From: a virus
Taxonomy: Duplodnaviria; Caudoviricetes
Strand: one strand, 5' to 3'
Virus record (IMG/VR): IMGVR_UViG_3300032305_002044
Location: 29,417 to 93,416 of that record
DNA length: 64,000 nucleotides
Program-made: the position numbers and the translations under genes
Notes under the pieces: generated by a model
The model's database searches: none
What the model was told of the DNA's origin: nothing
What the model saw: the letters and a program-made list of their open reading frames with translations, nothing else
Shown here: positions 28,499-39,467 of the stretch, piece after piece
Layout: each line of letters starts with the position of its first letter
How positions within the stretch are numbered: position 1 is the first letter of the stretch

Positions 28499-29810
28499 TT
28501 ATATATCTGTATCGTTTCCGTTATCTCAAAATGCACCTCAACGAGTAAGCTCGTTTACTTTAAGCCAAGAACGCTACGCTCACGAAATGGCTACTATTAA
28601 GTTTAGAGATTGGGGAATTTCCTATACTAGTGTGCGCCCAGGCGACCCTGTAAAATGTGTGCTTAGAGGTAAGGACAGCTCTAGAGAGTTTGTAGGGTAC
28701 GTGCACGAGATTAAACCCAATATTACTCCTGGGTCCAACTTTGTAGAAGTTACTGTTATTGGCGCATCTTACCGTTTAAAGCAGGCCAGGCAAAAAGTAT
28801 ATGAAAACGTAACTGCCACAGATGTTATTAAAAGTATTGCTAATAAATATGGGTTCTCTACGTCTAATGTCCAACAACACGGGCGAGTATACGAACAGGT
28901 AGTACAAGCTGGACACACAGAACTTCAGCTAATGAGCAGGCTAGCAAAACAATGTGGTTATTCACTACGTATTGAGAACACTAATATTTACTTTGAGCCT
29001 TTAACTTTTAACTACGAAGAAAGTAGGGTTAACGCTCAAACGTATACAATGCGTGAAGCCAATGACCCTGCTGGTTCGACTCTATATTCTTTTAATTTAA
29101 CGTTAGGAGATAGTGTTGCATACAAGGACTCTTACAAGTCTGCGGTGCAAATAGGTGGCGTTGACCCTAATACTATATCTTCAAGTCTTGTAACTAACCA
29201 ACGTCAGAACACGCTTAACGAGACCCAAGCTACTGAGTTTTTTGATAGTTTTGCTACTAATACGGTTGCTCCATCGTTTACGATTGCTGCGTATGAGGCA
29301 AAGGCAGCTGATGAACGAAACCGCTTTCCTTACCGTGCACGTATTCAAGTTATTGGTACGCCTGAAATTAAACCTGACCAGCCCATTTACCTAGAGGGCA
29401 TTGGCCCTAATTACTCAGGGTATTGGATCGTACTCTACGCTGAACATTTTATAGTAGAGGAATCTCCTAATATTTTAAAGTATGTAACTGTCCTTGACGT
29501 AGGTGCTGATTCTATTGGGCAAGCCCAGTCTTGGAAAGGTAATGTAGTTACTTCTCCAGGTAGTTTTAGAGTACGCAAACTAGTACCCGATACACGAAAT
29601 GTACCGCCAATCTCATCATCAGTGTTGACTGAGGGAACAGGCACTTACAACAATGCTGGGTTTACCGAAGTAACAAATCGCGAAACTGCCTCTAATGTTA
29701 AACCTTACGTTTGGGTAACAGTAGGGGTTGGGGAAGTTTCTACTACAATTGATGTAAGAAACCGACCTGAAACAGTGGTTAAGAGATTGGAGAACAAAGG
29801 TGTACTCTGA
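28491..29810 (+). CDS. baseplate hub protein (gpD/gp27-like)
   Basis: FVGYV, TATDVIKSIA..YG, Q...TELQLMSRLA..CGY, GTPEIKP...I.LEGIG..YSGYW. Confidence 0.85.
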   Translation: MFNYISVSFPLSQNAPQRVSSFTLSQERYAHEMATIKFRDWGISYTSVRPGDPVKCVLRGKDSSREFVGYVHEIKPNITPGSNFVEVTVIGASYRLKQARQKVYENVTATDVIKSIANKYGFSTSNVQQHGRVYEQVVQAGHTELQLMSRLAKQCGYSLRIENTNIYFEPLTFNYEESRVNAQTYTMREANDPAGSTLYSFNLTLGDSVAYKDSYKSAVQIGGVDPNTISSSLVTNQRQNTLNETQATEFFDSFATNTVAPSFTIAAYEAKAADERNRFPYRARIQVIGTPEIKPDQPIYLEGIGPNYSGYWIVLYAEHFIVEESPNILKYVTVLDVGADSIGQAQSWKGNVVTSPGSFRVRKLVPDTRNVPPISSSVLTEGTGTYNNAGFTEVTNRETASNVKPYVWVTVGVGEVSTTIDVRNRPETVVKRLENKGVL

Positions 29811-30069
29811 TTTATTTACAGGTGACCTATCTGATAAAAGGTTTTACGGCGTTTACCGCGGTATTGTGCAAGAAACTAACGACCCCCTTAACTTAAAACG
29901 TATTAAAATGCAAGTTCCTCAAATTTTAGGAACCGCCGTTACAGGTTGGGCTTGGGGTGTGCAGCCATCAATAGCTTCCGCTTTGGTTGTGCCAGATCCT
30001 GGTATGGGCGTCTGGGTAATGTTTGAAGGCGGAGACCCTAATTTCCCACTATGGCTAGGAGTTTTCTAA
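29800..30069 (+). CDS. baseplate spike, gp5/VgrG OB-fold only
   Basis: YGVYRGIV..TNDPLNLKRIK..VPQ...WA...P..G.GVWVMFEGGDPNFPLWLG. Confidence 0.9.
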   Translation: MYSDLFTGDLSDKRFYGVYRGIVQETNDPLNLKRIKMQVPQILGTAVTGWAWGVQPSIASALVVPDPGMGVWVMFEGGDPNFPLWLGVF

Positions 30070-30070
30070 A

Positions 30071-30502
30071 ATGGCAACTATTCCAAGTAGCATCTTGGCT
30101 ACATCTACCTACTCGGTTTCACTACCTTTTAATATATCTGCTAATGGCAAGATTGGTATTGTACCTGATTCGTCCCCTAAAGCTTGGCGTGATCGCGTAT
30201 TAACCCTGTTATCAACAGGAATTAACGAAAGAATTTGGTACTATAATTACGGAGCTAGTTTAGACGGATTACTATATGAAACCGCAGGCAGTGCTATTGA
30301 GCTAGGTAGGCGAGCAATTACGGAGATGTTTGCTTCGTGGATTCCTCAACTTTCTTTATTGGATGTAGTACCTGGCTATGACAGCGGTACAGCGACCCTT
30401 GAGCTTACTATTATATATAAACTTCCCAATGGGGAAAACGATTCTGTTACAATATCTACAGCATCTTTAACTGCTGCAGGCGAAACAATTAAGGGTTCAT
30501 AA
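30071..30502 (+). CDS. baseplate wedge protein, gp25-like
   Basis: LLST..NER....YG..L..LLYE...W.P motif. Confidence 0.85.
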   Translation: MATIPSSILATSTYSVSLPFNISANGKIGIVPDSSPKAWRDRVLTLLSTGINERIWYYNYGASLDGLLYETAGSAIELGRRAITEMFASWIPQLSLLDVVPGYDSGTATLELTIIYKLPNGENDSVTISTASLTAAGETIKGS

Positions 30503-32217
30503 TGGCTGATAATCTGTACCTTCCTCAGGTTGATTACACTTCACGAGACTACGTCTCTATCCGTGATGATTTAATTGCGCTTATTCCTAACTTTACCCCT
30601 CAGTGGACATCTCGCGACTCTAATGATTTTGGCATTATCCTTCTTGAGTTGTTTTCTTACCTAGGGGATTTGCTTAATTACCAAATTGACCGTGCCGCAA
30701 ATGAAAGCTACCTCAACACATCTACTCAACGCGACACTGTTATTGCTATTGCTAAACTTCTTAACTACATTCCTAATGATATTAGTCCTGCTACTGGCAC
30801 TGTTACTTTCTCTAATTCAGGCGTTAATCCTACCACTGTACCTGCGGGAACTTTGGTGTCTACCGTTTCTGACGGCATTAGTCCTTCAATCACATTTACT
30901 ACTACGGCTGATGTGCCACTTAACGCTATTGTAGGAACTACTCCTGGAACAGGCTCAGTAGTTGTAACTCAAGGACAGTCTTTAACTGAAACTGTAGGTA
31001 CATCAAACGGTACTATTAACCAAAGATTTGCACTTACTACTCCAGGCGTCATTACTAGTGGAGCACTTGTAGTTACTGTAGGGTCATTAGCATATACCAA
31101 AGTTTCATACATTATTGATTACGCGGCTGACGATCCTGTATTTTCAACTTTTACTGATGGTACGGGAACTACGTATTTGCAGTTTGGTGACGGAATATCT
31201 GGACGAATTCCGCCAACAGGATCAACTATAACTGCAACATACACTTACTCATCTACATCTGGAGCACTAGGAAACGTAGCTGCTGGAACGGTTACTACCC
31301 TTCAAAGTAATGATTCTTTTGTAAATGCTTGGGTTGATGTAACTAACGCCGCAGCGTTTAGCGGTGGAGCAGACCCTGAGTCAACGGACTCAATCAGAGT
31401 CAATGCACCCGCTAATTTACGTAGCCTTAACCGCGCCGTATCCCTTGCAGACTATGGTCAAATTGCTTTAGGTGTTAATGGTGTTTCTAAAGCCATCGCT
31501 ATGGCTACTAGTAAAAGTGCTGTAGTTTTATACATTGCTGCTTCAGGCGCTGCAGCATCTACTGGTGCATTTAAAACCATTGTAAGCGAATTTTTTACTG
31601 ATAAAATGCCTCCAGGAACTACGCTTAAAGTTTTGGACTTTACCCCAGCATATCCTTACTTGAACGCTACGGTTAACGTACTTCCTCGGTATAACGCTGC
31701 TAATGTAGGCTCCGCTGTCCAGTCTGCTTTATATAGTTTATTTGCTTTTGATAACGTTACTTTTAATGACAACATCGCAATAGGAGATGTTCAAGCCGCT
31801 ATTAAAGCAGTTGACGGTGTTAACTCTGTTACTTTAAACGATTACGAAAAACTTCCTGCGTTGTACTCACAGTCTGGTACAACCTCTACGGCTTCAACTA
31901 CCTCTACCTCTACTACTACTTCAGTGCCTGTCTCTAGTTCTGCAGGTTTATGGGTGGGCGCCGCTATTAACTCTATTACTAACAGCAGTGGCACAGTATT
32001 GTACTCATACACTACGCCTGTTACTACTATTACAAGCATTCCTGATGCTACTAGCATAGTTATTAGCACTACTCCAACAGCTATTACAATTCCAGCTAGC
32101 TCTGTAATTACTGTTAGAGGTAACGGAGGAACTACGGATTTTGTATGCGCTGTTAATGAAGTTCCAATCCTTAATTCTAATTACATCTATGTTGATACTA
32201 CGGGTGGTACAACGTAA
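30502..32217 (+). CDS. baseplate wedge protein (gp6/baseplate J-like)
   Basis: DYTSRDY, WT....NDFG, FGDG..GRIP, GGADPES, RAVSLADY. Confidence 0.92.
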   Translation: MADNLYLPQVDYTSRDYVSIRDDLIALIPNFTPQWTSRDSNDFGIILLELFSYLGDLLNYQIDRAANESYLNTSTQRDTVIAIAKLLNYIPNDISPATGTVTFSNSGVNPTTVPAGTLVSTVSDGISPSITFTTTADVPLNAIVGTTPGTGSVVVTQGQSLTETVGTSNGTINQRFALTTPGVITSGALVVTVGSLAYTKVSYIIDYAADDPVFSTFTDGTGTTYLQFGDGISGRIPPTGSTITATYTYSSTSGALGNVAAGTVTTLQSNDSFVNAWVDVTNAAAFSGGADPESTDSIRVNAPANLRSLNRAVSLADYGQIALGVNGVSKAIAMATSKSAVVLYIAASGAAASTGAFKTIVSEFFTDKMPPGTTLKVLDFTPAYPYLNATVNVLPRYNAANVGSAVQSALYSLFAFDNVTFNDNIAIGDVQAAIKAVDGVNSVTLNDYEKLPALYSQSGTTSTASTTSTSTTTSVPVSSSAGLWVGAAINSITNSSGTVLYSYTTPVTTITSIPDATSIVISTTPTAITIPASSVITVRGNGGTTDFVCAVNEVPILNSNYIYVDTTGGTT

Positions 32218-35200
32218 TGGCTCAAGTATCGGTTACAGCACCTCTGTTTACAGTTAATGCCGACGCAAGACCCTCTAACTATTTAATTAATCACGTTAGC
32301 TGGTCAGCTCCAAATGAAAAAATTAACTGGTCAGAAGTTAGGGTTATTCGTAGTACTACTGGTTATCCTATGAACATCAATGACGGTGTTCAAATATTTT
32401 TAGAGCAACCTTATTCTGTTATTGGTACCGTAGGAACGGTATACACATCTAGTTCGGTTTCTGCTATTACGCATACGGGTGGCGGTACATATGGTTCAGG
32501 TAATACGTATGATTACTACTATGCAATAACTGGCACCGCAAGTGCGTCTGGCACAGGTGCATCATTTAATATTGTGCGGTCTAAAGACGTACTTGGAGCT
32601 ATTAGTTCAGTAACTATTAACTCTGCTGGCGGTGATTATGCTGTCGGTGAAACTATTACTATTGATAAAAATAAAATTGGTTTTTTAAAATTAGACGGAG
32701 TAACAGCTGATCCAGCAGGAACTTTAGTAACTGACTTAGTTATTACTGTGGGCGCCGTTAGTGCTGGAACTTCTGGCATTAAAACCATAACCCTTACTCA
32801 GCCTACTTTACAAGACGTGTCAAATACCACTACTGTTTACTCTAATGTAGCGGCTGTTTCTACCGATAATTCTATTGGCAGCGGAGTTACTTTTGACGTA
32901 TCTCGTGCAGGCAATGGTACTGTTGCTACCACTACTACAACGCTTAGAGCTACTGGGGTCAACTATAAAGTTGGTGACATTGTTCGTGTTCCTGGGTACA
33001 GCATCGGCGGTCGCGTTAGTGATCTTCAATTAGGAATTGATACAAATTATCATATTTATGATAAAGGTAATAGTACAGCTGTTACTACTAACCCTGGGTA
33101 TGGAGTAACGGGTACCGACCTACGTGCTTCAAAATATTATTACTCTATTTTTATTAAATACGTAGTTAACGGAGAAACCCTTCCACGGTGGAAACGAGTA
33201 GCTGCTGTGTCTAGCTTTGCAGTAAAAGATAGCGGAGCGCTAAATGTTATCTTAAATCATATCCCTTTGTTTTATCGTAAAGACTACCAAGGTAAAGATA
33301 ATAAAGATTTAAAAGACTTTATTAGATTATTTGCATTTCATTATGATATGTACTTAATTCAAAGTAACGCTGTGTTTACGGCTAGTGATCCTAACAATAT
33401 TGATGATAAATTACTAGCTTTAGCTCTAAAACAATTTGGATTTGATATAAATGATGTTGCTAGCATCACACAAGCTAAAGTAGCTCTTAGTCAATTAGTA
33501 AAGGCATACCAAACTTCAGGTTCTACTGAAGGATTTAAAAATCATATCCAAGTTATCTCTGGGTATGATGCAAATATTAATGCTGGTAGAAACTTGTTAA
33601 CTGACTACAACGCCTCTTCATTTATTGAAGGAACTGACTCGTGGTATTTAGACCCTGCTTTTTACACGGCTACTACTTACGTAGCCACTTTAAGTTTAGC
33701 TGGGCCAATTGCCACGGGAACTTCAACTATTGGATCATACACTAACACCAACGGCGTTACTATGACCAGCGCTAGCTCTTCTGGATATGTTATTACTGTA
33801 CCAAGTACTGAAGGGCTTAAGTCTGGCTCTGCCGTAACAGTTACCGCGGGTACTGGCCTTTTTGCTCCAGGAACTGTAGTGACATCTATTGATAGTACAA
33901 CTAAGTTTAAAGTTAATATTATTCCAACAACTACTTTGAGTGGAGCTACGGTTGTATCCTCAAGTATTCTTACTTCAGGTATGGGTAAAATAACAGTTAC
34001 AGGAACTACCTCTGTACCAACGTTTAAGCTTGGTTTGAAAAACACTATTACCGCAACTAACTCAGCAATCAATACCAATACTATTACTATCAAGCCAATT
34101 ATTGCTGAAGTTGGCGACTACGTTATTGCTAGTACTACTATCGCTACTACGGGTGCCACACTTAACTATATTCCTAATAACACAGTAGTTGCTGCAGTTA
34201 GTACTGCAGGAGTAGTCACCCTTTCAAAAAATATTACATCAGCCCTTGCTACTGGAACTTCCGTATTATTTAGTACGCCACCAGCTTCTGATAAAATTGG
34301 TGCACTTACCTCTACAATGTTTGTTGATCCAGACAAACCGTATGCGTTTAGTATTAAAGCTAACCGCGCTGGTACTACTGCTGTAGCCGTTACTGCTTCG
34401 ATTAACTGGCTTGATAAAAACGGTACTGCAATCTCTAGCACTACGGGAACTTTAAGCACTGGTGCTCAGAGCTCTGGTACAACTTGGTACACCGCTCAAA
34501 TTAGTGGTTCCGCCCCATCCAATGCTATATATGCTCAACCTTCATTTTCCGCCGCTAACAACTATTTTGTAGATGCTGCTCAATTTGAAGGCGGAATTAC
34601 GGTAAGCACAGCCCAGATTGCAAGCGATGTTGCTACTCTTGGTACAGACATTGAACATGGGTTTACTACAGGCAACTCAGTAACTGTATACGGATTAGGC
34701 GTCCCATTTGACGGAACATATAGTATTTCTACGACACCTACTACAACTACGTTTAGTTACGTTAAGACTGCTGCGGACCAAACGTTAAACGCCCCAGGGC
34801 TTGCTGCCTCAGCTTCTACGTTCCAAGATGCACGCAATACTACTATCCAAGTTCTTGCTGACCGCCGTAACCTTATTCTTAATCCGAGTTTTGCTACAGC
34901 AACAACTAGTTGGTCAGTAAGCACATCGGCAGTTACAATAGCTTCAACTACAGCTCAACAAATTTTTGGAACAACCTCAGCAAAAGTAGATGATACAAAC
35001 GCTACTGCTAATGCATTTATGTACAACACTAATCGTATTGCAATAACTCCTAGTACCCCATACACTTTTTCGGTTTATGCTAAGTGGGGATCAGGGGCTG
35101 GAGTCACTTATAACGTAGAAATTGATTGGTACGTAGCAGCTACGGGAGCAACGCCAGCAATTACCACTTCTGTAGGAGCTTCGTATTACAACTCAGCAGG

Positions 35201-35549
35201 TACCTTAGTATCTACCGCACCCGTACCAATGTCATCAGCCACTGGTTGGAACCGTCTTTTTGTATCTGCCCTATCTCCAGATAATGCTAATTTTGCTGTA
35301 GTTAAAGTTGTCAGAAAAGATACTACAGGTAATGCATCAACTATCTACGTAGACTCTTGTTTATTCGAACCTGTGTCCGTGCTTAAACATTATTTTGATG
35401 GATCATATGATGGGCAAAACTATTCTTCTGATCGAGATTCAATTTGGGAAGGCACCGCCGATAATAGTGTCAGCCATTTGTACTATAATAGATTATTCAA
35501 CATTGGAAAAATTGATTCTTTAATTTTAGAGGGTATGTATTATGCCTAG
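32217..35549 (+). CDS. baseplate wedge (gp7/tail I-like) with accessory beta and carbohydrate-binding-like domains
   Basis: HIPLFY...LKDFIRLFAF...LL..ALKQFG...YQTSGS..G core; RNLILNPSF and YTFSVY CBM-like segments. Confidence 0.75.
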   Translation: MAQVSVTAPLFTVNADARPSNYLINHVSWSAPNEKINWSEVRVIRSTTGYPMNINDGVQIFLEQPYSVIGTVGTVYTSSSVSAITHTGGGTYGSGNTYDYYYAITGTASASGTGASFNIVRSKDVLGAISSVTINSAGGDYAVGETITIDKNKIGFLKLDGVTADPAGTLVTDLVITVGAVSAGTSGIKTITLTQPTLQDVSNTTTVYSNVAAVSTDNSIGSGVTFDVSRAGNGTVATTTTTLRATGVNYKVGDIVRVPGYSIGGRVSDLQLGIDTNYHIYDKGNSTAVTTNPGYGVTGTDLRASKYYYSIFIKYVVNGETLPRWKRVAAVSSFAVKDSGALNVILNHIPLFYRKDYQGKDNKDLKDFIRLFAFHYDMYLIQSNAVFTASDPNNIDDKLLALALKQFGFDINDVASITQAKVALSQLVKAYQTSGSTEGFKNHIQVISGYDANINAGRNLLTDYNASSFIEGTDSWYLDPAFYTATTYVATLSLAGPIATGTSTIGSYTNTNGVTMTSASSSGYVITVPSTEGLKSGSAVTVTAGTGLFAPGTVVTSIDSTTKFKVNIIPTTTLSGATVVSSSILTSGMGKITVTGTTSVPTFKLGLKNTITATNSAINTNTITIKPIIAEVGDYVIASTTIATTGATLNYIPNNTVVAAVSTAGVVTLSKNITSALATGTSVLFSTPPASDKIGALTSTMFVDPDKPYAFSIKANRAGTTAVAVTASINWLDKNGTAISSTTGTLSTGAQSSGTTWYTAQISGSAPSNAIYAQPSFSAANNYFVDAAQFEGGITVSTAQIASDVATLGTDIEHGFTTGNSVTVYGLGVPFDGTYSISTTPTTTTFSYVKTAADQTLNAPGLAASASTFQDARNTTIQVLADRRNLILNPSFATATTSWSVSTSAVTIASTTAQQIFGTTSAKVDDTNATANAFMYNTNRIAITPSTPYTFSVYAKWGSGAGVTYNVEIDWYVAATGATPAITTSVGASYYNSAGTLVSTAPVPMSSATGWNRLFVSALSPDNANFAVVKVVRKDTTGNASTIYVDSCLFEPVSVLKHYFDGSYDGQNYSSDRDSIWEGTADNSVSHLYYNRLFNIGKIDSLILEGMYYA

Positions 35550-38500
35550 AAAAACCAGTTTAAATAATCTTGCTGCTAGCATTACGGGTGCTACAGTAGC
35601 GCTTTCTAAAACAGATGAAAACACGGCAGTAATTACATTTACTACATTAGATGTGCATAATCTTTACCCTGGAGCTAAAGTAATTACTACGGGCCTTACC
35701 AGTTCAGATGGTAATTTTAGCCCTAATCTTGTAAGCCAATTAGTTTATAAAATTGATTCTCCTACATCTTTTAGCGCAAATGTTCCATGGACATACACGA
35801 CTGTTCCTACAATTAGTCTTACAGGTGGTGCAGGTGTTTACGGCACTATGTACTCTTCAAATGGCGCACTTAATGCTGTCGCACCTAAGTACGGACTCCC
35901 TGTAGTTATTCCTAGACCTAAGTTTTACAACTACACATACCCAACACTTACTGCTGTTGGTTGGGGAACTGGTGTAAAACTTAATTGGACTGCTATTGGA
36001 ATTGCTAACCCAGCAGTAACTTCTGTAAAAGTTGAGCGGTTAGTTAATGGGTCTGTTGTTGCAACCGTGTCTACCTCGGCTACTGGAGTAAACGTAATAG
36101 ACCCAAGTTTAGCTAGCACTGGTGTAGCTAATCCATTTACTTACCGTGTTACAGCTCTTAATACAGTTCAAGCAAATATTATAAGCGAAACTGTGGATAC
36201 TTTATGGCTTGGCTCACTTGGTACGGCTATAGCTGCAGCCACCTCAGGAACCTCAAGTAGCATTACTATTTCTTGGCCTACACCAACTAGTGGTAACGCT
36301 TCTATTACTAACCTTGAACTTGAAAGAGCAACCAACAGTGGTTTCACTGTTGGGGCAACTACCCTTAGCACGGCGTTATCCGCTTCTGCTACCTCTTACA
36401 CAGATGCAACTGTTGCTACCAACTCTAGTTATTTTTATCGTGTTCGTTCCCGTGCAGATTACGCAGCGGCTACTTCGGTGTACAGCGTGTATTCAACTAC
36501 GGGTTCAGCAACTAACCCATATTACATTACTGCCCCAGCTTCAGTTACAGTTGTACCAACAGCTGCTACTGCTAATCAGCTCAGCCTTAGTTGGAGCGCA
36601 GTGTCTACTGCTAACCCAGCTGTTAACTCATACAGTGTACAAGAAGCCTACTCAATTGATGGCGGAACAACTTTTAGTGCTTGGGAAACTATTTTTACTG
36701 GGAACACTACTAGCTCACCAGTAGAAGCTTTGTCGGGGTACCAATACAAGTACCGAGTTCAAGCAAGTAATACTCAATTAATCAGTGCGTATACCACTAG
36801 TACTGCCACCGCACCATATTACTTAGCTGATCCACTTACTGCTCCTGGAGTTAATAACGCGGCATCCACTAATTCTAATTTAGTAGTTAGCGGTTCTTAC
36901 AATGCTAATCCAAGTGCTTTAACTTACAATATTAGGCGTTCTTCTGATGGCGGGTCTACTTGGTCTAACGTTGGTGTTACTGACTTTACAATCACGTTGC
37001 CGTACACAGATACAACAACTGCTTCAGGAGTTAGTTACGTATACGCAGTTAAAGCTAAAAACGCACAACTTACTAACTCAAACTGGTCTGCAACTAGTGC
37101 ATCTAAACTAACTTATAACGTTCCGACATTCCCAACAGGAGTTACCGCCACAGCCACAGCTTACAACACGATTAACTTGGGTTGGACCGCTGGAACAGTT
37201 AACTCAACTGCTACCCCAATTATTGACTACAAGATTGAACGCGCAACTAATAGTGGGTTTACTATTAATGCAACAACATTGTCTACCACAACTACCGCTA
37301 TAACATACTCAGATTCTACTGCTTCCGAACTTACTACTTATTACTATCGGATAAGCGCTAGAAACGGTATTGGATATTCACCAGTATCTTCTGTTGCTGT
37401 AGCGACTACACCTGCCCAAGCTATTAACACTACGCTTAACGTCAGCGCAATCTCTCCTGTTACTTATCCAACAGGAGCAACGGTTAGTGGTTCTATTTCA
37501 CCTAACCCAGCAGGTGGAACGGTTGCTATTACTGAAGGCGGTGCACCTCGTGCAACTGCAACAGTTTCAGGCGCAGGGTCTTACTCAGTAACTTTACCTA
37601 CCGCAAATAGTGGTGGTCATAATTTAGCCTTGTCTTATAGCGGTAACGGAATTTACCAACCTTCAACTGCTACAGCAAGTTACACGGTTAATGCTGCTTC
37701 GTCTAGCATTACAATTTCTGGACCTACAAGTACCTATTACACAGATACTCAGGCTTTCTCCGCTACAGTATCACCAGCAGTTAGTGGTCGCTCAGTTACG
37801 TTCTACAGAGCAGGTAGCCCAGTAGCAACAAGTACAACAAACGCTTCTGGTACTGCAACCTACAACAGAGTTACTTCAACCACAGAGTCAAGCATTTCAT
37901 GGACGGCTTCTGTTGCTGCAGATAACTACGCTACTGCTACCACTGCTACTGGAGTCACGTCGTCTGTAGTTGCTATGCCTTTGTACATTACTGCTACTAT
38001 TTCGGGCGCTACTGACGGCGGTTTCTACGTAGGAACTGGCGCTAATGCAACAACTAGGACTGTGGCAATGTCAGCTACTGCAACGGACATTAACGGTAAC
38101 GCTGTTGCTATTACTCCTACGTATTACTACAAGCAATTTGGAGGAAGCCCGACTACTTGGAGCGGTGCAGCTACTTCGCGCAATCAGTCTACTATGTTCT
38201 ACGCTACAGCAACCAAAGCTGGGTACGCGGTTGAAGACGGATCAGGATATGGCAATGGTAGTGACCTCTTGTATGTTTACATTGCACAAGAACAAACAGC
38301 AGCGGCATCAGATTTGGGTGACTACGCTGGTCCAACTGCTGTGTTTGGTAACAATGCTAGATACTCAACAACATCTATGCACCAAGGGTATTTCAGCTCT
38401 AACCAAGGTGATTACCAATCAGCTGCTTGGTTTGCAACGCTTAACTGGCCTAGTATTTACCAGTCAGTATCCCCAACAGCAACCAGCGGCGAAGGCATTA

Positions 38501-38853
38501 TTGCAGCTAGGTTAACCATTGATAGACTTGCTGGAGTAGGTGACAATGCTGCTAGGGCTTTATGGATTGGAGCTCATGGAAATACGCTATCTAGTCCGCC
38601 TTCGTCCTACACATCTATTACACCTAGGTCTATTAATTTAGATAAAACGCATACCATGTCAGCTGGAACAACAGCTACTAAAACATTAAACCTCGCAATT
38701 AGGCAATACTGGTGGGACAACGCGTCTACTAATGGTGGCGTTACTTTTGGTAGGCAAGGCGTAACCAGTGTTCAGTCAGGAACTAACAACATCTACATGG
38801 AATTAGATAATCCTTCGCTTGAAGTAGTTTGGTACGCCGACCCTACCATTTAA
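35542..38853 (+). CDS. tail fibre/receptor-binding protein with multiple FN3 and Ig-like domains
   Basis: Repeated W...Y.IER.T....YTD.T....YYYRV.A.N FN3 units; last gene of the tail module. Confidence 0.8.
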   Translation: MPRKTSLNNLAASITGATVALSKTDENTAVITFTTLDVHNLYPGAKVITTGLTSSDGNFSPNLVSQLVYKIDSPTSFSANVPWTYTTVPTISLTGGAGVYGTMYSSNGALNAVAPKYGLPVVIPRPKFYNYTYPTLTAVGWGTGVKLNWTAIGIANPAVTSVKVERLVNGSVVATVSTSATGVNVIDPSLASTGVANPFTYRVTALNTVQANIISETVDTLWLGSLGTAIAAATSGTSSSITISWPTPTSGNASITNLELERATNSGFTVGATTLSTALSASATSYTDATVATNSSYFYRVRSRADYAAATSVYSVYSTTGSATNPYYITAPASVTVVPTAATANQLSLSWSAVSTANPAVNSYSVQEAYSIDGGTTFSAWETIFTGNTTSSPVEALSGYQYKYRVQASNTQLISAYTTSTATAPYYLADPLTAPGVNNAASTNSNLVVSGSYNANPSALTYNIRRSSDGGSTWSNVGVTDFTITLPYTDTTTASGVSYVYAVKAKNAQLTNSNWSATSASKLTYNVPTFPTGVTATATAYNTINLGWTAGTVNSTATPIIDYKIERATNSGFTINATTLSTTTTAITYSDSTASELTTYYYRISARNGIGYSPVSSVAVATTPAQAINTTLNVSAISPVTYPTGATVSGSISPNPAGGTVAITEGGAPRATATVSGAGSYSVTLPTANSGGHNLALSYSGNGIYQPSTATASYTVNAASSSITISGPTSTYYTDTQAFSATVSPAVSGRSVTFYRAGSPVATSTTNASGTATYNRVTSTTESSISWTASVAADNYATATTATGVTSSVVAMPLYITATISGATDGGFYVGTGANATTRTVAMSATATDINGNAVAITPTYYYKQFGGSPTTWSGAATSRNQSTMFYATATKAGYAVEDGSGYGNGSDLLYVYIAQEQTAAASDLGDYAGPTAVFGNNARYSTTSMHQGYFSSNQGDYQSAAWFATLNWPSIYQSVSPTATSGEGIIAARLTIDRLAGVGDNAARALWIGAHGNTLSSPPSSYTSITPRSINLDKTHTMSAGTTATKTLNLAIRQYWWDNASTNGGVTFGRQGVTSVQSGTNNIYMELDNPSLEVVWYADPTI

Positions 38854-38876
38854 AAATATGATTATATTAAGAGTTC

Positions 38877-38904
38877 TTGCGTATTCTTAAGTTGCGTGTA
38901 TAGT
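38877..38904 (+). promoter_or_regulatory. sigmaA-like promoter of the replication operon
   Basis: TTGCGT-N16-TATAGT upstream of an AAGGAG RBS. Confidence 0.55.
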
Positions 38905-38930
38905 AGTTCTCCTACCACTAAGGAGACTTT

Positions 38931-39467
38931 ATGTACGACCACATCATAGTTACGGGAAATGGTAAAACTAGCCGTGCAAATGTTGAGGCTTTAGTAGATG
39001 ATTACATCCACGCTAATCCAAAAATTAAATTCACATTAGCCAACCCAGTTAGGCTTTCTGAAGGTCAGGTATGGCTTAAGCAATACCTTACTGATAAAGA
39101 GATTGAGTTTGCTGTAGAGCTTTCAAACCCTGAAAACATACAGGAAAACTCAGCTATGTTTATCCTTTGGGATGACGATGATCCTGAATCTCTATCAAGT
39201 CTTGCTATTGCTAAGGAAAATAGAATCCCAGCGTTTGACTTAACTGAGGGACTTAACAAGCTAGTGCCTCAAGACTCAATTAAATCCGTTGCGGCACCTG
39301 TTATTCCTGAACAGGAGCAGATGACCGAGGAGGAAATTGAGGCTGATGTTGACGATGAAGAGGCTGCAGAGGAATTTGAAGACCCACTATACGAAGCCGT
39401 TCGTATTATTGCTGACATTTTTGCCGAGGCTATTGGTAAAGAATTAAAGCGGGTACTAAAGAAATGA
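38931..39467 (+). CDS. hypothetical protein (Rossmann-like N-terminus, acidic tail)
   Basis: AAGGAG RBS; IIVTGNG start. Confidence 0.75.
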   Translation: MYDHIIVTGNGKTSRANVEALVDDYIHANPKIKFTLANPVRLSEGQVWLKQYLTDKEIEFAVELSNPENIQENSAMFILWDDDDPESLSSLAIAKENRIPAFDLTEGLNKLVPQDSIKSVAAPVIPEQEQMTEEEIEADVDDEEAAEEFEDPLYEAVRIIADIFAEAIGKELKRVLKK

